From: Anthoceros angustus
Taxonomy: Eukaryota; Plantae; Anthocerotophyta
NCBI GenBank assembly: GCA_010909165.1
Contig: MU008154.1
Span: 1,353,478 to 1,417,477 of the forward strand
DNA: 64,000 nt
Reading direction: 5' to 3'
Shown: piece after piece, positions 49,505-63,500 of the stretch
Layout of the letters: each line of letters begins with the position of its first letter
Numbering within the stretch: position 1 is the stretch's first letter
Notes under the pieces: generated by a model
The model's database searches: none
What the model saw: the letters and a program-made list of their open reading frames with translations, nothing else
Told to the model about the DNA's origin: nothing
Program-made: the position numbers and the translations under genes

Positions 49505-52500
49505 ATATTTAAATGATGAAAATCACCCGTCATAGGGATTGTCTTATATGGATTGTCATATTCGACTGCATTTTGTAGTAGTGAGTCCATTGTGCAGACT
49601 CTGGCCTCCCACAACTCCCAACAACACAGCATGTCCACCACAACTACATAGATGAAACACGAAGAATGAAAGACCAACTGAGACATATCAAGGAAGTGAG
49701 TGATATGCTTGGTAGCGTCTTTGGAGCCATTCTCAACCATTTTGTGTCCTTTGTGTTTGATGAGGCGCAAAGCAAGCTCAGGCGCACAATCTTGTCCTTG
49801 ACATACCACGAAACAATGTCATTCCGTGTCTTCCTAACGCACCACCGCGTGACCACAATTCACCATGTTGATGCCCTTGCGAGAGTTTAGTGCACGATAT
49901 AGCCTCCCTCGAGCTCCTGCTCTGTAGAGGCGGTGAGGAAACGAGATGGCTCTCATGGATGTCCTCCTACGGTGATGTTGAATAGTGTGTTCCTGGCCCT
50001 CAGGTGGTCTCCAAATTGCACACCCTTTAGACTTGTACATGCATCCGTCACATTCTTCAATATCAAGGCTACAAAGTGGCTATCCTTTGATCTGTTCAAT
50101 ATTTGAATGGTACTCCTTTATGAGGGCAAGTGGCCAAAAGTGCCAAGATGTCCTTCCCGCATGATGATGTGTACGCAGAAGTGAGTGACAAAAAATGTTG
50201 CCCAAGTCGGCAAGCTACTCGTTGTTTTGCACGGAGAGAGCACTCTCGACTCCCCCTGGAGGCAGAATAGCTCACTCCACTTTCGGGGCGTTATGTCGGC
50301 GGGTTTGCACAGCCACCACCCTCATGTCATCCCTCCCCTTGAGGGCATCTAGCCCTTGTTGTTCATCCTCCTCGATAACTTCTTTGGATGTTTTGCATTG
50401 CGGTTGTTTAGGCCTGCCTTTCCCTCGGCCAGCCACCGACCCATGCTCACCCTTTGGTGGCGGGCGACCACAACACCATCATCGGCGTACCTCGCATACT
50501 ACCTCCATGACTCTACACTTTACCAAAAAAGCTTGAGTTTAGCTGTGAACATGAAAAATCAAGACCCAACATGTAAGAGCGACGCAAGCTTGCAGGCATG
50601 CGACGCAAATTACCACAATGTCGGCAATGAAATCTAGTCCCGGACCACACACCGCAGCAACAATAACATGGGGCCTTGACCTAGGCAAGCAGTGAAAACA
50701 ACACAACTCTTGAATCTGCGGAGGCCTCTTGTGGGAGAAGCGGTAACCAAGAGGAAGCGCAACAAATTCCCACTACGGCGACGCCGAGCCAACCAATACA
50801 CGGCAATATCAACGAGCGTAATAGCACCAACATCTGGCGAACCTAGCATCTCGCATCCACCACTAGATCAGCAACAGCTCATCATCCATAGGTGCACTAG
50901 CATCAACATCCATCCTGCCAAAACCTGGCAGTCTCCTTCACTCAATGAGCAAATCTGGCTGGATGCTGGTTTGGTTGCAACATAGTTTGACCACAGCGGA
51001 GAGCAACCACGCCTTGGGTTCTTGAGTGTTATCACCCACGAGTTCCCTCCTTCTCCACATCGGACAAATGGCAGTGCACAGTGCCTCATGTAGCGACCTT
51101 CGCTAGAGCGTGAGTTCCCAACCACGATTTCCTCGGCCTTGGCGGTTCTCGAGGTTGACTCGTTAATACGAGTTGAGCGATGGTAATCAACCCGATCCAC
51201 CGGGTAAATAATTCAATTCAAATTCCCGCCATAAGGTGGCGGGCCACTGGCAGTTCATCCCACAATTGTGGCTAAACGAACTTTGTCGTGGACAAACCGT
51301 ATAAGGCGAAACGGTTGTTTATGTGAAATGGATATTATAATAATCTATATATTTTCATAAATTAACCCCAAATAAAACAACTCTTGTACTATAAGCTCTA
51401 AAAAGTTAGATACATCCGAGGGCGAAATGAATTACATATATTTAAATGATGAAAATCACCCGTCATAGGGATTGTCTTATATGGATTGTCATATTCGACT
51501 GCATTTTGTAGTAGTGAGTCCATTGTGCAGACTCTGGCCTCCCACAACTCCCAACAACACAGCATGTCCACCACAACTACATAGATGAAACACGAAGAAT
51601 GAAAGACCAACCTGAGACATATCAAGGAAGTGAGTGATATGCTTGGTAAACGTCTTTGGAGCCATTCTCAACCATTTTGTGTCCTTTGTGTTTGATGAGG
51701 GGCGCAAAGCAAGCTCCCAGAACTGCACAATGCTGTCCTTGACATACCCTGAAACAATGTCATTCCGTGTCTTCCTAACTGCACCACACCGTGACCACAA
51801 TTCACCATGTTGATGCCCTTGCCGAGAGTTTAGTGCACGATATAGCTGCCTCCTACTGACTCCTATCTGCCGAGACAGTGAGGAAACCAGATGGCTCTCA
51901 TGGATGTCCTCTGTCAGACTGATGTTGAATAGTGTGTTCCTGGCCCTCAGGTGGTCTCCAAATTGCACACCCTTTAGACTTGTACATGCATCCGTCACAT
52001 TCTTCAATATCAAGGCTACAAAGTGGCTATCCTTTGCAGTCTGTTCAATATTTGAATGGTACTCCTTTAGCAAGGGCAAGTGGCCAAAAAGTGCCAAGAT
52101 GTCCTTCCTGCATGATGATGTGTACGCAGAAGTGAGTGACAAAAAATGTTGCCCAAGTCGGCAAGCTACTCGTTGTTTTGCACGGAGAGAGCACTCTCGA
52201 CTCCCCCTGGAGGCAGAATAGCTCACTGCTCAGCTCTCCACTTTCAGACGCGTTATGTCGACGACCGTTTTGCCTGGCCACCACCCTCATGTCTGTCCTC
52301 CCCTTCGAGGGCATCTAGCCCTTGTTGTTCATCTTCCTCCTCGATAACTTCTTTGGATGTTTTGCATTGCGGTTGTTTAGCTGCCTTTCCCTCCGACGCT
52401 TACGGCCCATGCTCACCGTGGCTTCTTTGGTGAGGCGAACCACAACACCATCATCGGCGTACCTCGCATACTACCTCCATGACTCTACACTTTACCAAAA

Positions 52501-53453
52501 AGCTTGAGTTTACTGTGAACATGAAAATCAAGACCAACATGTAAGAGCGCAAGCTTGCAGGCATGCGACGCAAATTACCACAATGTCAGCAATGAAATCT
52601 AGTCCCAGACCACACCGCACAGGAGCAACAATAACATGGGGCCGCGGCCCTAGGCAAACGTAGAAAACAACACAACTCTTGAATCTGCGGAGGCCTCTTG
52701 TGGGAGAGCAGTAACCAAGAGGAAGAGCGCAACAAATTCCGCACTACCAGCAGCATCGGGAGCCAACCAATAACACCAGCAGCCAATATCAGCAGAAGCG
52801 TAATAGCACCAACATCCTGTAGCGAACCTAGCATCTCGCATCCACCACTAGATCAGCAACAGCTCATCATCCATAGGTGCACTAGCATCAACATCCATCC
52901 GCCCATGCCAAAACCTGGCAGTCTCCTTCACTCCAATGAGCAAATCTGGCTGGATGCTGGTTTGGTTGCAACATAGTTTGACCACCGCGGAGAGCAACCA
53001 CGCCAGGTTCTTAGTGTTATCACCCACGAGTTCCTGCTCCTTCTCCACATCGGACAAATGACAAGTGCACAGGTCTGCTCATGGCAACGACCTTCGCTAG
53101 AGCGTGAGTTCCCAACCACTGATTTCCTCGGCCTTGGCGGTTCTCAGAGGTTGACTCGTTAATGCCAGAGTTGAGCGATGGTAATCAACCCGATCCACTG
53201 GGTAAATAATTCAATTCAAATTCCCGCCATAAGCTGACGGGCCCTGGCCGGTTCATCACAATTGTGGCTAAACGAACTTTGTATCTGTGGACAAACCCGT
53301 ATAAGAGAACTGAACAGTTGTTTATGTGAAATGGATATTATAATAATCTATATATTTTCATAAATTAACCCCAAATAAAACAACTCTTGTACTATAAGCT
53401 CTAAAAAAGTTAGATACATCCGAGACGAAATGAATTACATATATTTATATGAT
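49505..53453. repeat. ~2-kb tandem duplication carrying a degenerate minus-strand, probably DNA-transposon-derived ORF
   Basis: Copies start at 49505 and 51438; ORF 51489-52226 (RKTRNDIVSGYVKDSIVQFWELALRPSSNTKDTKWLRMAPKTFTKHITHFLDMSQ) is broken by indels in copy 1. Confidence 0.85.
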
Positions 53454-53868
53454 CATAGAGAGGACAAATTAAGAGTGTTTCTTCCGTTCTCCTACCCTAA
53501 TTCATAGCTAAGGCAAGATTCACTAATCTAATGAATCGCAGAGAATATCTACAATATTCTTATAGCCGACTAGCTTGTATATGCAATCAGCTATATCTAT
53601 CAATCACCCTATATACGAGAGCTTTAGCATGACAACATAACTTTAGCCGGTTTTCTTTTTCTTTAATTGCCCATAAATAAAAGGTTATTATTGAAGGTTT
53701 GTTAAAGATTTTATATTAAAATTATTTTAATATAGAATAGTTCCTATGTCCTAAAGGCTCAATTTTATCTTTTTGAACTGTTAAGGGTTAACTAGCTGAT
53801 GGATGCACAATTATTGGAGTATACTATAGAGTTTGCATAGCTATGTGCAACAATTGTTGCACAACTAT

Positions 53869-55367
53869 TCAACCTTGGTTTGTGGTGAGGGGATAGTGCG
53901 CATAGATATAACTCTCCACATCCCACAAGAAGCTACCAAATGCAACAGCCTCCATCAGCAGTCTTCTTTGCGTAAAGTAGTACAAACTGAGATAATCATC
54001 CTTCCCGATTATCAGCTTCCCATCTGGTCCAACCTTGACATCAAGCTCGCCAAACAGAGCGTCAACTTGCCTCTTTATCAAATCGAGACTCTCCTTGGTC
54101 CTCACGGTGGCAGCTCTATGGAGAGATTCCGCATTGAATGACATAATATACGATCTCAACTTGCAAGAGTACCCTTGGAATGCCAAAATGCCTTTGGCAC
54201 GAGCTGACAAATTATGCCACGCCATGTTTTGCATATCCTGAACTAGCTGGGCTGCCAGCTGGTCACCTTTAGTCAAAGGGTGTTGGTTGCCAAGGGTTTG
54301 CCTAGAATCCGCAGCTTGAGCAAAATAGGGCGTCGGCATCTTCATCCAGCTCTTCTCAAGCTGGTATCTTTGATCCACCCGCCTCAAGAAGTAGCCAAAC
54401 AAGATGGAGGTGGCATACACCTTGCCATATGATAGCTTGCTAATCGTATTCGGGATGTGTTGATTCACCCAATCGGACGATTCATCCCCTTTTATCACGT
54501 AGTATAAATGCTCTTTCACCATCTCAAGGGCTTCAGCCGAGTGCATGCACTCCAACTCGTTCACCATATGGGGCCCCAAGTGCACCAACACAGGTTCCTC
54601 TCCCACCTGCTGCGGCAGCTTCGTCACCATAGGCAACTCGCATTCTAGAAACTTCTCTACCACCAACGCGTACATCGTCTCCTCAATAGCTTGCCTCCTT
54701 CGATTAGTACGCTCAACATCTGCAATGCTCCTGCTAAACAAAACAAATAACTCACACCCTCAGTACCCCGCTCCAACAACCCCAAAATCCACGAAACAAG
54801 CAACACATTTTCACTGCAGACTCACTTGCACAACAGTAGTTCTGTTCGAAATGGGCTGGCGTCCTGCGAAGAAGCGGCATCCCTCTCCATGGCTAGATGC
54901 TCCAGCTGAGAATCCACAGCAACACGGAGCAGATGCGGGCACTTTTCCAACAACATGAGAAGGAACTGGCCGATGTTAGAGCTCGGCATTAGAGGCGCAA
55001 CAGACTTCTTATCCTCCTCCTCCTCTGCCCCTGGCCCTCCACTGGTGGCCACACTCATGACACTCCTCGATTTGGCCAAGCCTTTGCTCTTCTTCCCAAC
55101 GGGGACTCCAAATAACCTCTTTGTCTGCACATCTCAAACAAACCCAACTAACCAAATGAGTACATTCACACTCCACCACATCCATTTTCAACTCTAAGAC
55201 TCGATTGCCATCCACCTCACCTTGATCCCTGCCACGAAGAGCCTAGAGAAGCTTGCAGGCGCGAGCTTGGGCATGGACACCCGAGATGAGCCATTGGCTT
55301 GAAGCATAGAATTGGTCCCAAAAGCTGGCCCCACCTTCACAATAGCAACCATACGCAGGGCAGCCAT
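53869..55367 (-). CDS. DUF760 / UV-B-induced At3g17800-like protein, probably plastid-targeted (3 exons)
   Basis: Ser/Ala-rich N-terminal exon (ATG 55367); APLMPSSNIGQFL...AVDSQLEHL; RRQAIEETMYALVVEKF; HSAEALEMVKEHL; YATSILFGYFLRRVDQRYQLEK; LRSYIMSF; EAVAFGSFLWDVESY; GT-AG introns. Confidence 0.88.
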
Positions 55368-56119
55368 GACCGTGCACATCAATCTAGTAGAACCTCAGTG
55401 GTGGAGACTGTGGACAGAATTCATAACGCGTATTGTACATGGTAGGAGGAAAGAGAAAGGGGAGATGTATGTGGCATGGACTCACACCAACCACCAGCAT
55501 GTGCAGCAATGTTCGCCATAGGTTTGAGGACACAACTTTTCCCCTTTCATAAGTAGTTAAACAAGTAATTTATAAGCTCTCTTCTTCACATGTTCTTAAG
55601 ACCTACCTTCTTGGCTATTATATAAGGGGAGTCTGCACCCTAATAAGCAGTGTATTATAATATAGAATCTTCATAATTAATATCACAGTAATCCTAGAAT
55701 AGTATATTCTTTTTATGGTGAATAGATCGCATATTTAATTTCCACTTATTTTAGGGACCCGCGACCGCTCTTACAACAATGGAGATAACTGACCAGGAAT
55801 TGCTTTACCATTTACATACTTGATTATAACTATTTTTCATCTTTAGTTTCTAATATAAAAACCACGCTATAGTGGATTATAACTAGTTTTGGACTATATA
55901 GGTGTCGGCTTGTGGTTTTATATATGACCTTTCGTTATACATACCAACCATTTCTTCCTCTTCTTCTTTAGTAATATAAGCATTCACAATAAGTCCGATT
56001 TTTTCCATGAAATGCATAACTATTTACAATAATTCTTGTTTCTTCATGAACGCACATTTTAGATGTTTGGTGAACAACTTGACTTTCCATAATTTTGCAA
56101 GTACCTTTAGTAAATTTTT

Positions 56120-56710
56120 AAGAGAAGAAGATTGCCTACCTTGTTCTCTTGAATCAAAAGTTCTAACCCTAATTAGATTCGAATCTCAATCAAAATTCTA
56201 ATTCCAATCTAATTTGAATCGAAACATAGAAGAAATATTAGGCCAAGAGGTGGAGAATGGGTTGATGGGAAAAGATATGTACATTTGCAAGTACCTTCTA
56301 TAATTTAGAGAAGAAGGTTGCCAAACTTGTTCTCTTGAATCAAAATCCAAACCCTAATTAGATTCAAATTTTAATCAAAATTCTAATTCGAATATGTGCA
56401 CACACACCAGCGGGGATAAGAACTCCGTAGTTAAGTAACCCGCGGACGGATCAGTATCAGAATGGAGTGTTGTCCCCTTGGTAGTTTGAAAATTTTGGAA
56501 GATGAGATGATGTTCCCTTGGTAGCTTGAAAAAATTGTAGGATGGGGTGCTTCCCCCTTGGCAGTTTGGAAAATTTTTAAATCAACCTAGTATCTGCGTA
56601 TGTTAGCCTCCATCGTGTGAGGTCTCAAGTGCAAGATGAAGTATTGTCCCTTTGGTAGTTTGAAAAATTTGTAAGATGGGGTGTTACCCCCCTGGTAGTT
56701 TGGAAACTGT
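56120..56710. repeat. ~185-bp direct duplication followed by 5 dispersed CCCTTGGTAGTTTGAAAA-type repeats
   Basis: TTGTTCTCTTGAATCAAAA...AACCCTAATTAGATTC at ~56140 and ~56326; short repeats at ~56476, 56514, 56554, 56646, 56688. Confidence 0.75.
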
Positions 56711-56736
56711 GTAATGGGCCATCTCACATTTTAGAC

Positions 56737-57720
56737 TTGTATAAAACTTTATTTGATTTGATTACTAATAATCAACCTTTGAAATGGTTGATAACAAGTG
56801 AAAAACTCATTGGGAAACTAGCCATATGGGCATTAATTATCCAAGAGTATAATTTCACAATTGAACATAGGGCACGTATTAATCACACTAATGCATATGT
56901 TTTATCCAGAAATCCATTAATTAACATTGATCTAGGAATCCATTAATTAACAGTGATGACTCAATTGGGGCAAGGCAAGATTTTGATGAGGAAAGTAGCA
57001 TGAATGTACACATGGTAATATCTAGATGGTCCCCTAGTGCATATTTGTTGATTTAGTGGAGACATCAAATGTAGATGTTCATGTAGACATTCGGGATGAT
57101 TAAAACACATTAGAGAGGGTTGAAACTGGTGACAATAAAATGCTCTAACTTTGAAGGAACATGACAAAGTATCAAAAAGAAGTAGAAGATATAAATGGGC
57201 AGATGATAAATTACTCTTTGTGGATAATATGAAAGTAGTACCAAAACCACATGTCAGGGTAGCATTCACACGCAAAACTCATGAAGACATGAGACATTTT
57301 GGTACAAAAAAGACTCTTATTTTGCTTATGAATAATTGTTATTTGAAGGGAATGATGAATGTGGTTGATTTAATGGTATCAACATGTGAAGTTTGTGATA
57401 GAGTTAAAGCAAGCTTCTCCAATAAAACAACTAAATTACATCCTTTACCAATAAGAGGTATGTTCTATAGATGGAGGTTGAATTTAGCAGGTAAATTACC
57501 AACAACAAGAAGAGGGTACAAATATGTTTTGGTAATGATTGAACATTTTTCCAAATGGATTTTCTTACTACCATTATGGGATAAGAAATCTGGTGAAATT
57601 AGTGAAGCATTTCTCAATCATGTTCTGAGTGTGTTTGGAGCATGTGCAGAAGTCCTAACAGATCAAAGAACATAATTCATGGGAGAATTTGATGATCTTT
57701 TGAATCAATACTCAATTGAT
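56737..57720 (+). mobile_element. AT-rich decayed Gypsy RNase H/integrase fragment of the same lineage as the 38-47 kb element
   Basis: QPLKWL...GKLAIWALIIQEYNFTIEHRA; H..MRHFG; CEVCDRVK; LHPLPIRGMFYRW; MIEHFSKW; ACAEVLTDQ; truncated at ~57720. Confidence 0.85.
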
Positions 57721-59119
57721 GCCCTAGAGATGTCGTCGCGGGCCTGCTAGGAGCGCGTCCAGTGTTTTCTAGCTTCTCAAGCCGGAATAGTTTGGACACA
57801 GAGTGTGCTTGAGAGTTGTGTGTGAGCAGCATTTGATTTCAGATTTCGTGTGCAATAGCAGCAGCAGCAAACTGTCTGCTTGCATCCCGGTTGCAGTGTG
57901 CGGTCTATTTTCTTTTACTCACAGTAGTTGGTGGCAGCATGGCTGAAAGGAAGTGTGGAGGGCGCAAGCTAGATGTGTTTGTGGTGGATAGTGTCAGCAA
58001 GCGGGTTTGCCACCACTGTCTTCATGAAACAAGGGCACAAGGGCGTCCGCAAATTGTGGATGATGAGAAGGTTGCAAAGTGGCAGCAGCCCTTTTGATGG
58101 GCTTACCAGGTGGACAGGCCCATGGTGCCGGAGTAGTCCTATGCAGAGCTCACAAAGTTTTTGATGCGGATTGAGGGTCATCATGGCCGTTGTCCCATCG
58201 TGTTCTAGGTGCAAGCATCATTTGGTGCTCAATTTGGTGAGTAATGGTTGAAACATCCTTCTTTTGTCCTCTTATACTGAATATAATTATATAAAATTGA
58301 TTTCGTTTCCAAATGGTCTGGTATTTTTATACCTAATAGTATTCTTATGTATGTATCTGAGGTTAAAATATGAAACTAGATTATGGAAAAAAAAACCTTG
58401 AAAAAAAAACCCCCAATCCAAAGACGCTAGGACGGCGCAAACAAGGCTTGTAGGTGATGGTGATGGCGCCTAGGGAGTGCATCATTCGAAGCCACAAACA
58501 AGTTGGCAATGTCAAGGTAGGCATCTACACGCAACAATCTGGATGCATCATGAGACACAACCTTGGAGAAACAGCCGTTGCTGCGATTGCCTATTGGGCG
58601 CGAGTGGTGGGTGGGTGAAATAGGGTAACATTTTAAGAGCTGCTGCCCTATGCACCTGCTTATAGCTCTCTTTTCTCTCTCTTTAGAGCAAAATAAAAGT
58701 TACCAGTTTTTTAACTTTCGCATTTTATAGTAAATGTTCGAGCCATTCTCAATCATTTTACCACAGTACTTTCATAGTTTTACGGATATGCTGCATACTT
58801 TCTAGGTATATTCTACTGGGTTGAAGGGGTGTACACCGGTGATTTTGGATGTGCCTTGTCTTCAGAGTAATATTTCTTTTTCTACTCATTGTACGGTCCA
58901 AATAGAAAGTTTATCATTTCCAAGATCTCGTCAAAACGGGAATATTTCTACAAGCAATGGTAAGTGTAAGAAATTTTAGATATTTGAATACAACCACTAA
59001 AAATCTCATATACTAACCTCAAACAGTGCAAACAACTCTTTTTGATTCTTCGATAGCTACAAACGAAGGTACAAACAGGGTTTAGGGTTTAGGGATTCAG
59101 TGGCCCCTCAGTTGTAGGG

Positions 59120-61195
59120 CATCGTGCCAAGTGATTGTGATCAGACATCTGAAGTTCAACATGACAGAAATATGGCTATATTGCCATCTTTGGATATAGT
59201 ATTGCAGCATGGGACTGCGAATGGAAATCCAAGCAGTTTTGAGCAGCGACTTGCTGAGATCTCCCGAGAACGGGAGTTGGGGTATGATAGACAGAAACAG
59301 GAAAGGGAGTTTCAATGGCAAAAGGATTTGGAGGCACTGATTGAGAGGTAGGCGTACATTTGAATTACAGTGTCAAGCAAGAGAGAAAGCTCTTGAGATT
59401 CAGAGGCGAAAAAATGTGGAGAGGAGACAAGAGCACTTGAAACATTAAGAAAAACTCAATCAGCAGTAGAAAGAGCAGCAAGAGATTCAAAGATTGCACC
59501 ACGAAAGACAACAGGAGCAGAAGAATGATAATGTGCCTCGAGAAATGCCCACTGCCATCCGCGAAAATCCGTCAGGATCAGTAAGTGTTGTTATGCTCTA
59601 TTAAATCACTTTCAGCAGATTGAAAACTAATTGTAGTGTTCTATTAGGTTGTGACCTTACGGAAGGCGGACAATTTCTTGAAGCCCTCAACTTCATCACT
59701 TTCGGCCAACTATGATAATGTTGGACAAGTTGTATAATCAAGTCAAGTGGTCGTGAAAATTACATTTTCGAATTGTACAATTACAGTCAATTTCCCAAAA
59801 TAAGGTGAGTATCATTCCTTAAGTATACATGGTTATCTTGAATATTTCCTGTTCCCTAGTTATCTGACCTATTTTGCGTTTTGTCCTAACTTATGTTTTA
59901 TTGTAGGTTTCAAATGGCAGAAATGGCAGTAGTAGAGTTCAATCTATTCTGGTATTTACTCTACATTATTTTAATTTGTATTTCATGCCATTCTGGATAT
60001 ATAGGAAACTCTGCAAAGAGGTATATCTTGGATCCGCATGAATATTACTTAACAGAAAATGTTTTTGCTAGAGAAAGAAGTCCCTTGCCAACAGTGGTGA
60101 AGGGTACTGCTAACAAACGAGTGGTTGCAGATGATGTAAACCCTGTTGGTGTCCCATCTCTCGGTCTACCGGATGGTGATTTCTCAGAACCTCAACCTGA
60201 GCCTATTTCTGCTCATGTTGAGGAGTCCCCAAGAGAAATTCCAGAAAATTGCTTGGACTTGGATATGAAGGGCCCAAGGGGCCCTAAAAGAAAGCGAGAC
60301 TGGGATCTTGAACATGAGGTCCTGGATAGCCATCTGCATGAATTTGGTGAGTTCCATCGGGCCAGTTGAAATCATGATTGCGTTATTTGTGATGGACTAT
60401 TTTGTTCAGTCCTGTGGTGTTTTATTGTAGGATTCATCTTGAGAGACTCTCCATCATTCTTTCCCATGAAAGATAGAGCCTATTATGTGCTGAAGGCATT
60501 TTGCAATCCTTTAATCCATCCTTTTTGGGAGCAAAATGTTGCCACATTGCAGCTTGTGGAATCAAGTCTCCGGAAGACTATTTCAGGTCCTTGGACGTTT
60601 CATTGTGTTGTTCAATGCTTTTAAGTCCTAACTTACGATTTTGGAGGAATAATGTAAGGAATGAGGCTCGGCACTATTTGAAGGGTGAGAAGAAAGTCAA
60701 GACATACTTGCCAAAGAGCAGAAGAGGAATAAGAAGTATTCTTGAAAGAGGAACAGTAGATTGGCGTCATCGAAATAACAAAAACTTCTTTGCTGAAGAG
60801 CAGAGGTTGCTAGCAAGCCTTATAGCCACTATGGATTTGGAGGTCAACGACAGTTTGTGGATAGGTTCAAGGGTAGGTTTGGTAGGGACCCATCGTTGGA
60901 GGAGATCAGTGCTGTTGGGTCCAAGCCAGGACACTGGCTCAAGAAGCTACATGCATTTTGGAAGGCTAGCCAAACTGCAAGTCCTCCATTGGGGACTGAG
61001 AAGGATGTAGTAGGGAAGTTGGACAAGGCTGTGAATGTATGGAATCTTTTACATGAAGCAGGGTATGAGAGTGAAGAGTGTGATGAAAAAGTCATGGAGG
61101 CAATTCTTCAGAAGAATGTTTTGGATGAAGGCTTCATGGTGGAGCATTTGCTTCCTCAAGCAGTGGCAAAGAAAGCAAAGAAATCCACTGGCTAA
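59120..61195 (+). other. Degenerate multi-exon ORF, probably transposon-derived (TnpA-like?)
   Basis: Coiled-coil segment (RQKQEREFQWQKDLE) and RFKGRFGRDPSLEEI, loosely like the PTTA/En-Spm motif; frameshifted. Confidence 0.3.
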
Positions 61196-61450
61196 TCCAC
61201 GGTGAGAGTTTACACTCAATACCTTATCCTTGTTCGTTTAGGGTTTATTAGTGCTCTGATTAAGGTGGAAATTGTGTGACGCTTAGCTGGGGGACACTTT
61301 CTATTTTGCAGAGTTGGCTAAACTTGTGAACTGAGCATGCTCGAGACTGGAGGGTGGACTGGAGAAACTTGCTTGTTAGGTCTGTGGGTAGAAAGTGAAT
61401 AGGCTGCCTGTATTGCATTTGTAGAGTTTCAAGTTCAAACTAAACCAAAT

Positions 61451-62057
61451 GACATTACTACGGGCCCCTGGACTATAGTGTTTTGTTTACTACGGAACTA
61501 AACTTTACAACGAAATAAAACTTTACTACAACCAAGTGACCTTTACAATGCGACTAAAGCAGGGCCCTCTTACACGAATTGAACTTTACAACGAGGTGCA
61601 CATTACAACGGAGGTGCACATTACAAGTGACCTTTACAATGGAGATGTACATTACAACGGATAATGTTGTAAAGAGTTTTACAACGCCAAGAGGGTTAGT
61701 TAACTGGGTTATCTAACTAAGGTTTAGGGTATGAATCCGAACCTTGGTTAGCCAACTTGATTAACAAGACTAGAGTAAACTAACCATGGTTGGAGGAACC
61801 CTAGTATTTAAAGCTGGAAAGTAGTAAGCAACTTTGTCTGATAAATAGTAGAAGATGTTGTAAAGGCTAGCAGATCACATCGGGTTTAGGTACACCACAC
61901 ATGCGCCCATCTACCGTATCTGAATACATGTGAGCCTTTACTACAGACTAAACTTTACTACAGACTAAACTTTACTACAGTGTTTTACTACAACCTTAGT
62001 AAAGTCATAGTAAAATGTAGTAATGTCCGTAGTAAAAGGGCCCGCTTCCTAGTAGTG
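61451..62057. mobile_element. Truncated CACTA-derived element related to the 41-45 kb element
   Basis: Right TIR TTCCTAGTAGTG ends at 62057; TTTACAAC/TTTACTAC subterminal repeats; left TIR not found. Confidence 0.7.
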
Positions 62058-62059
62058 TC

Positions 62060-63500
62060 CTCTCGCCGTTCCCTCCTGCTTCCGATCTTCTTGAGCAGAT
62101 CCGCCTTCCTTTCCCCTTAGGCCCTTCCTCCTCTCTCATGACCCTCATTTTAGTCGTGGCGGGCGCCCGGCGGCTCGCCCTCCCGCCTCATGCGATGGTG
62201 CCTTGGAGGCCCACTCCTGAGTGTGGCGCGGCCGGTAGGCAGCGCCTGATTCCTCCGACTTCAAAGCCTCGCATCGAGCACCCCCCGGCCATGGCGGCTC
62301 TGAAGCGGCGCCTCTACCACCTCCGGTGATCAGCAACCCCGGTGTTTCATAAGGCATGAAAACCCGCGCCACTGTCGTCTGTGCGTCCGAATTTTCTTCA
62401 TCCGAATGTCCCAGATATCGTGCATTGGCCCATAGTCTTCATCCTCGGGATGAGTCGGTGCCCTCCTCGTTATGCATCCTTCTTCTCCTCCTCGCGTCCT
62501 GGCTCTTGGCTCTTAGCCATGACCCTCCTGTGTTGAACGACTGCTTGTGTGATTTCGCGCGCGTCACGATGAACGCATTCCCCAAGGCCTGGCGATGAAC
62601 AATGCTCGATGTTAGAGACAACCACAAATGAAGCAAAACATTGGAAAGCGGTGGATCGAGTTGCAGTCTGGGTTAACAAGCTTGTTAAAACGGTTCGCTT
62701 TGGCGGTTGGCACTTGATCACAAGATTGTTGAACGATCTCGAACATTCGATAGCTCGGGACCTGGCACCGCATCAAATTCTTGGGGCCTTGTAATGCGAG
62801 CAAGCGTACTGAGATCCCCATTCGACATGTCCAATGTTGCCCCACCTGACCGACCCCTTGCCCGTTGATTGGCGGTGCATCCTTGTAACCCATAATCCAC
62901 GGCTTGTATAGCGTCAAAACATGCTCGTCTCGTGGATCCCGAACAACCATCCAATCCTTGTCCAAGACCTTCACGCATCCATCCGAGCTCCCGTCGATAT
63001 GTTGTCTCCTCGCGTATGGCGAAGGAATAGGAACCACCCTCTTCCCACCCTTCTCCACCTTCTCTCCATGGCCTCCTCGATTTTGTTGTGGAAGCCTTTG
63101 CCCAGGCTTCGGACTTGATGGCCCGCTGCGAGCTGCCCTTTCTGCCCCAGCTAGCATGTCCTCCCAAAGGCAGGTCTTCCACCGCATCGCGCCTTCGCGT
63201 CTTTGCTTTCCGCTCACTCTCGTTTTCTTCGTCCTCTGCCGACAGATCCGGATTCAAGTCATACGATCCTTCTTGCTTTCGCCCATCGCCATCACCTTCA
63301 TTTCGGCAGGCCAATTCGGATGGGCCTTCCTTCTCGCTAATCAATTCCGGAACAAAGCGTCGATGGATTACAAATCGGTGCAAACACGGAAAGTGAGAAA
63401 ACCACAGCGGTAGCGTCGGTCTCCCTCGCCCAATTTCTCCAGCGTTCCGCAATCAAGGGGTTAGAGATGGCGCTCGCACTCTCATCGCGCTCGAGAAGTC
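62060..63500 (-). other. Unidentified degenerate ORF remnant (likely transposon)
   Basis: Overlapping 200-240-aa frameshifted ORFs with low-complexity acidic and basic segments; no recognisable motif. Confidence 0.2.

Noticed and set aside
59075-59095. AGGGTTTAGGGTTTAGGG as an interstitial telomere
   Set aside because: Only two full units; such motifs are common as telo-box-like sequence in plant promoters and transposons.
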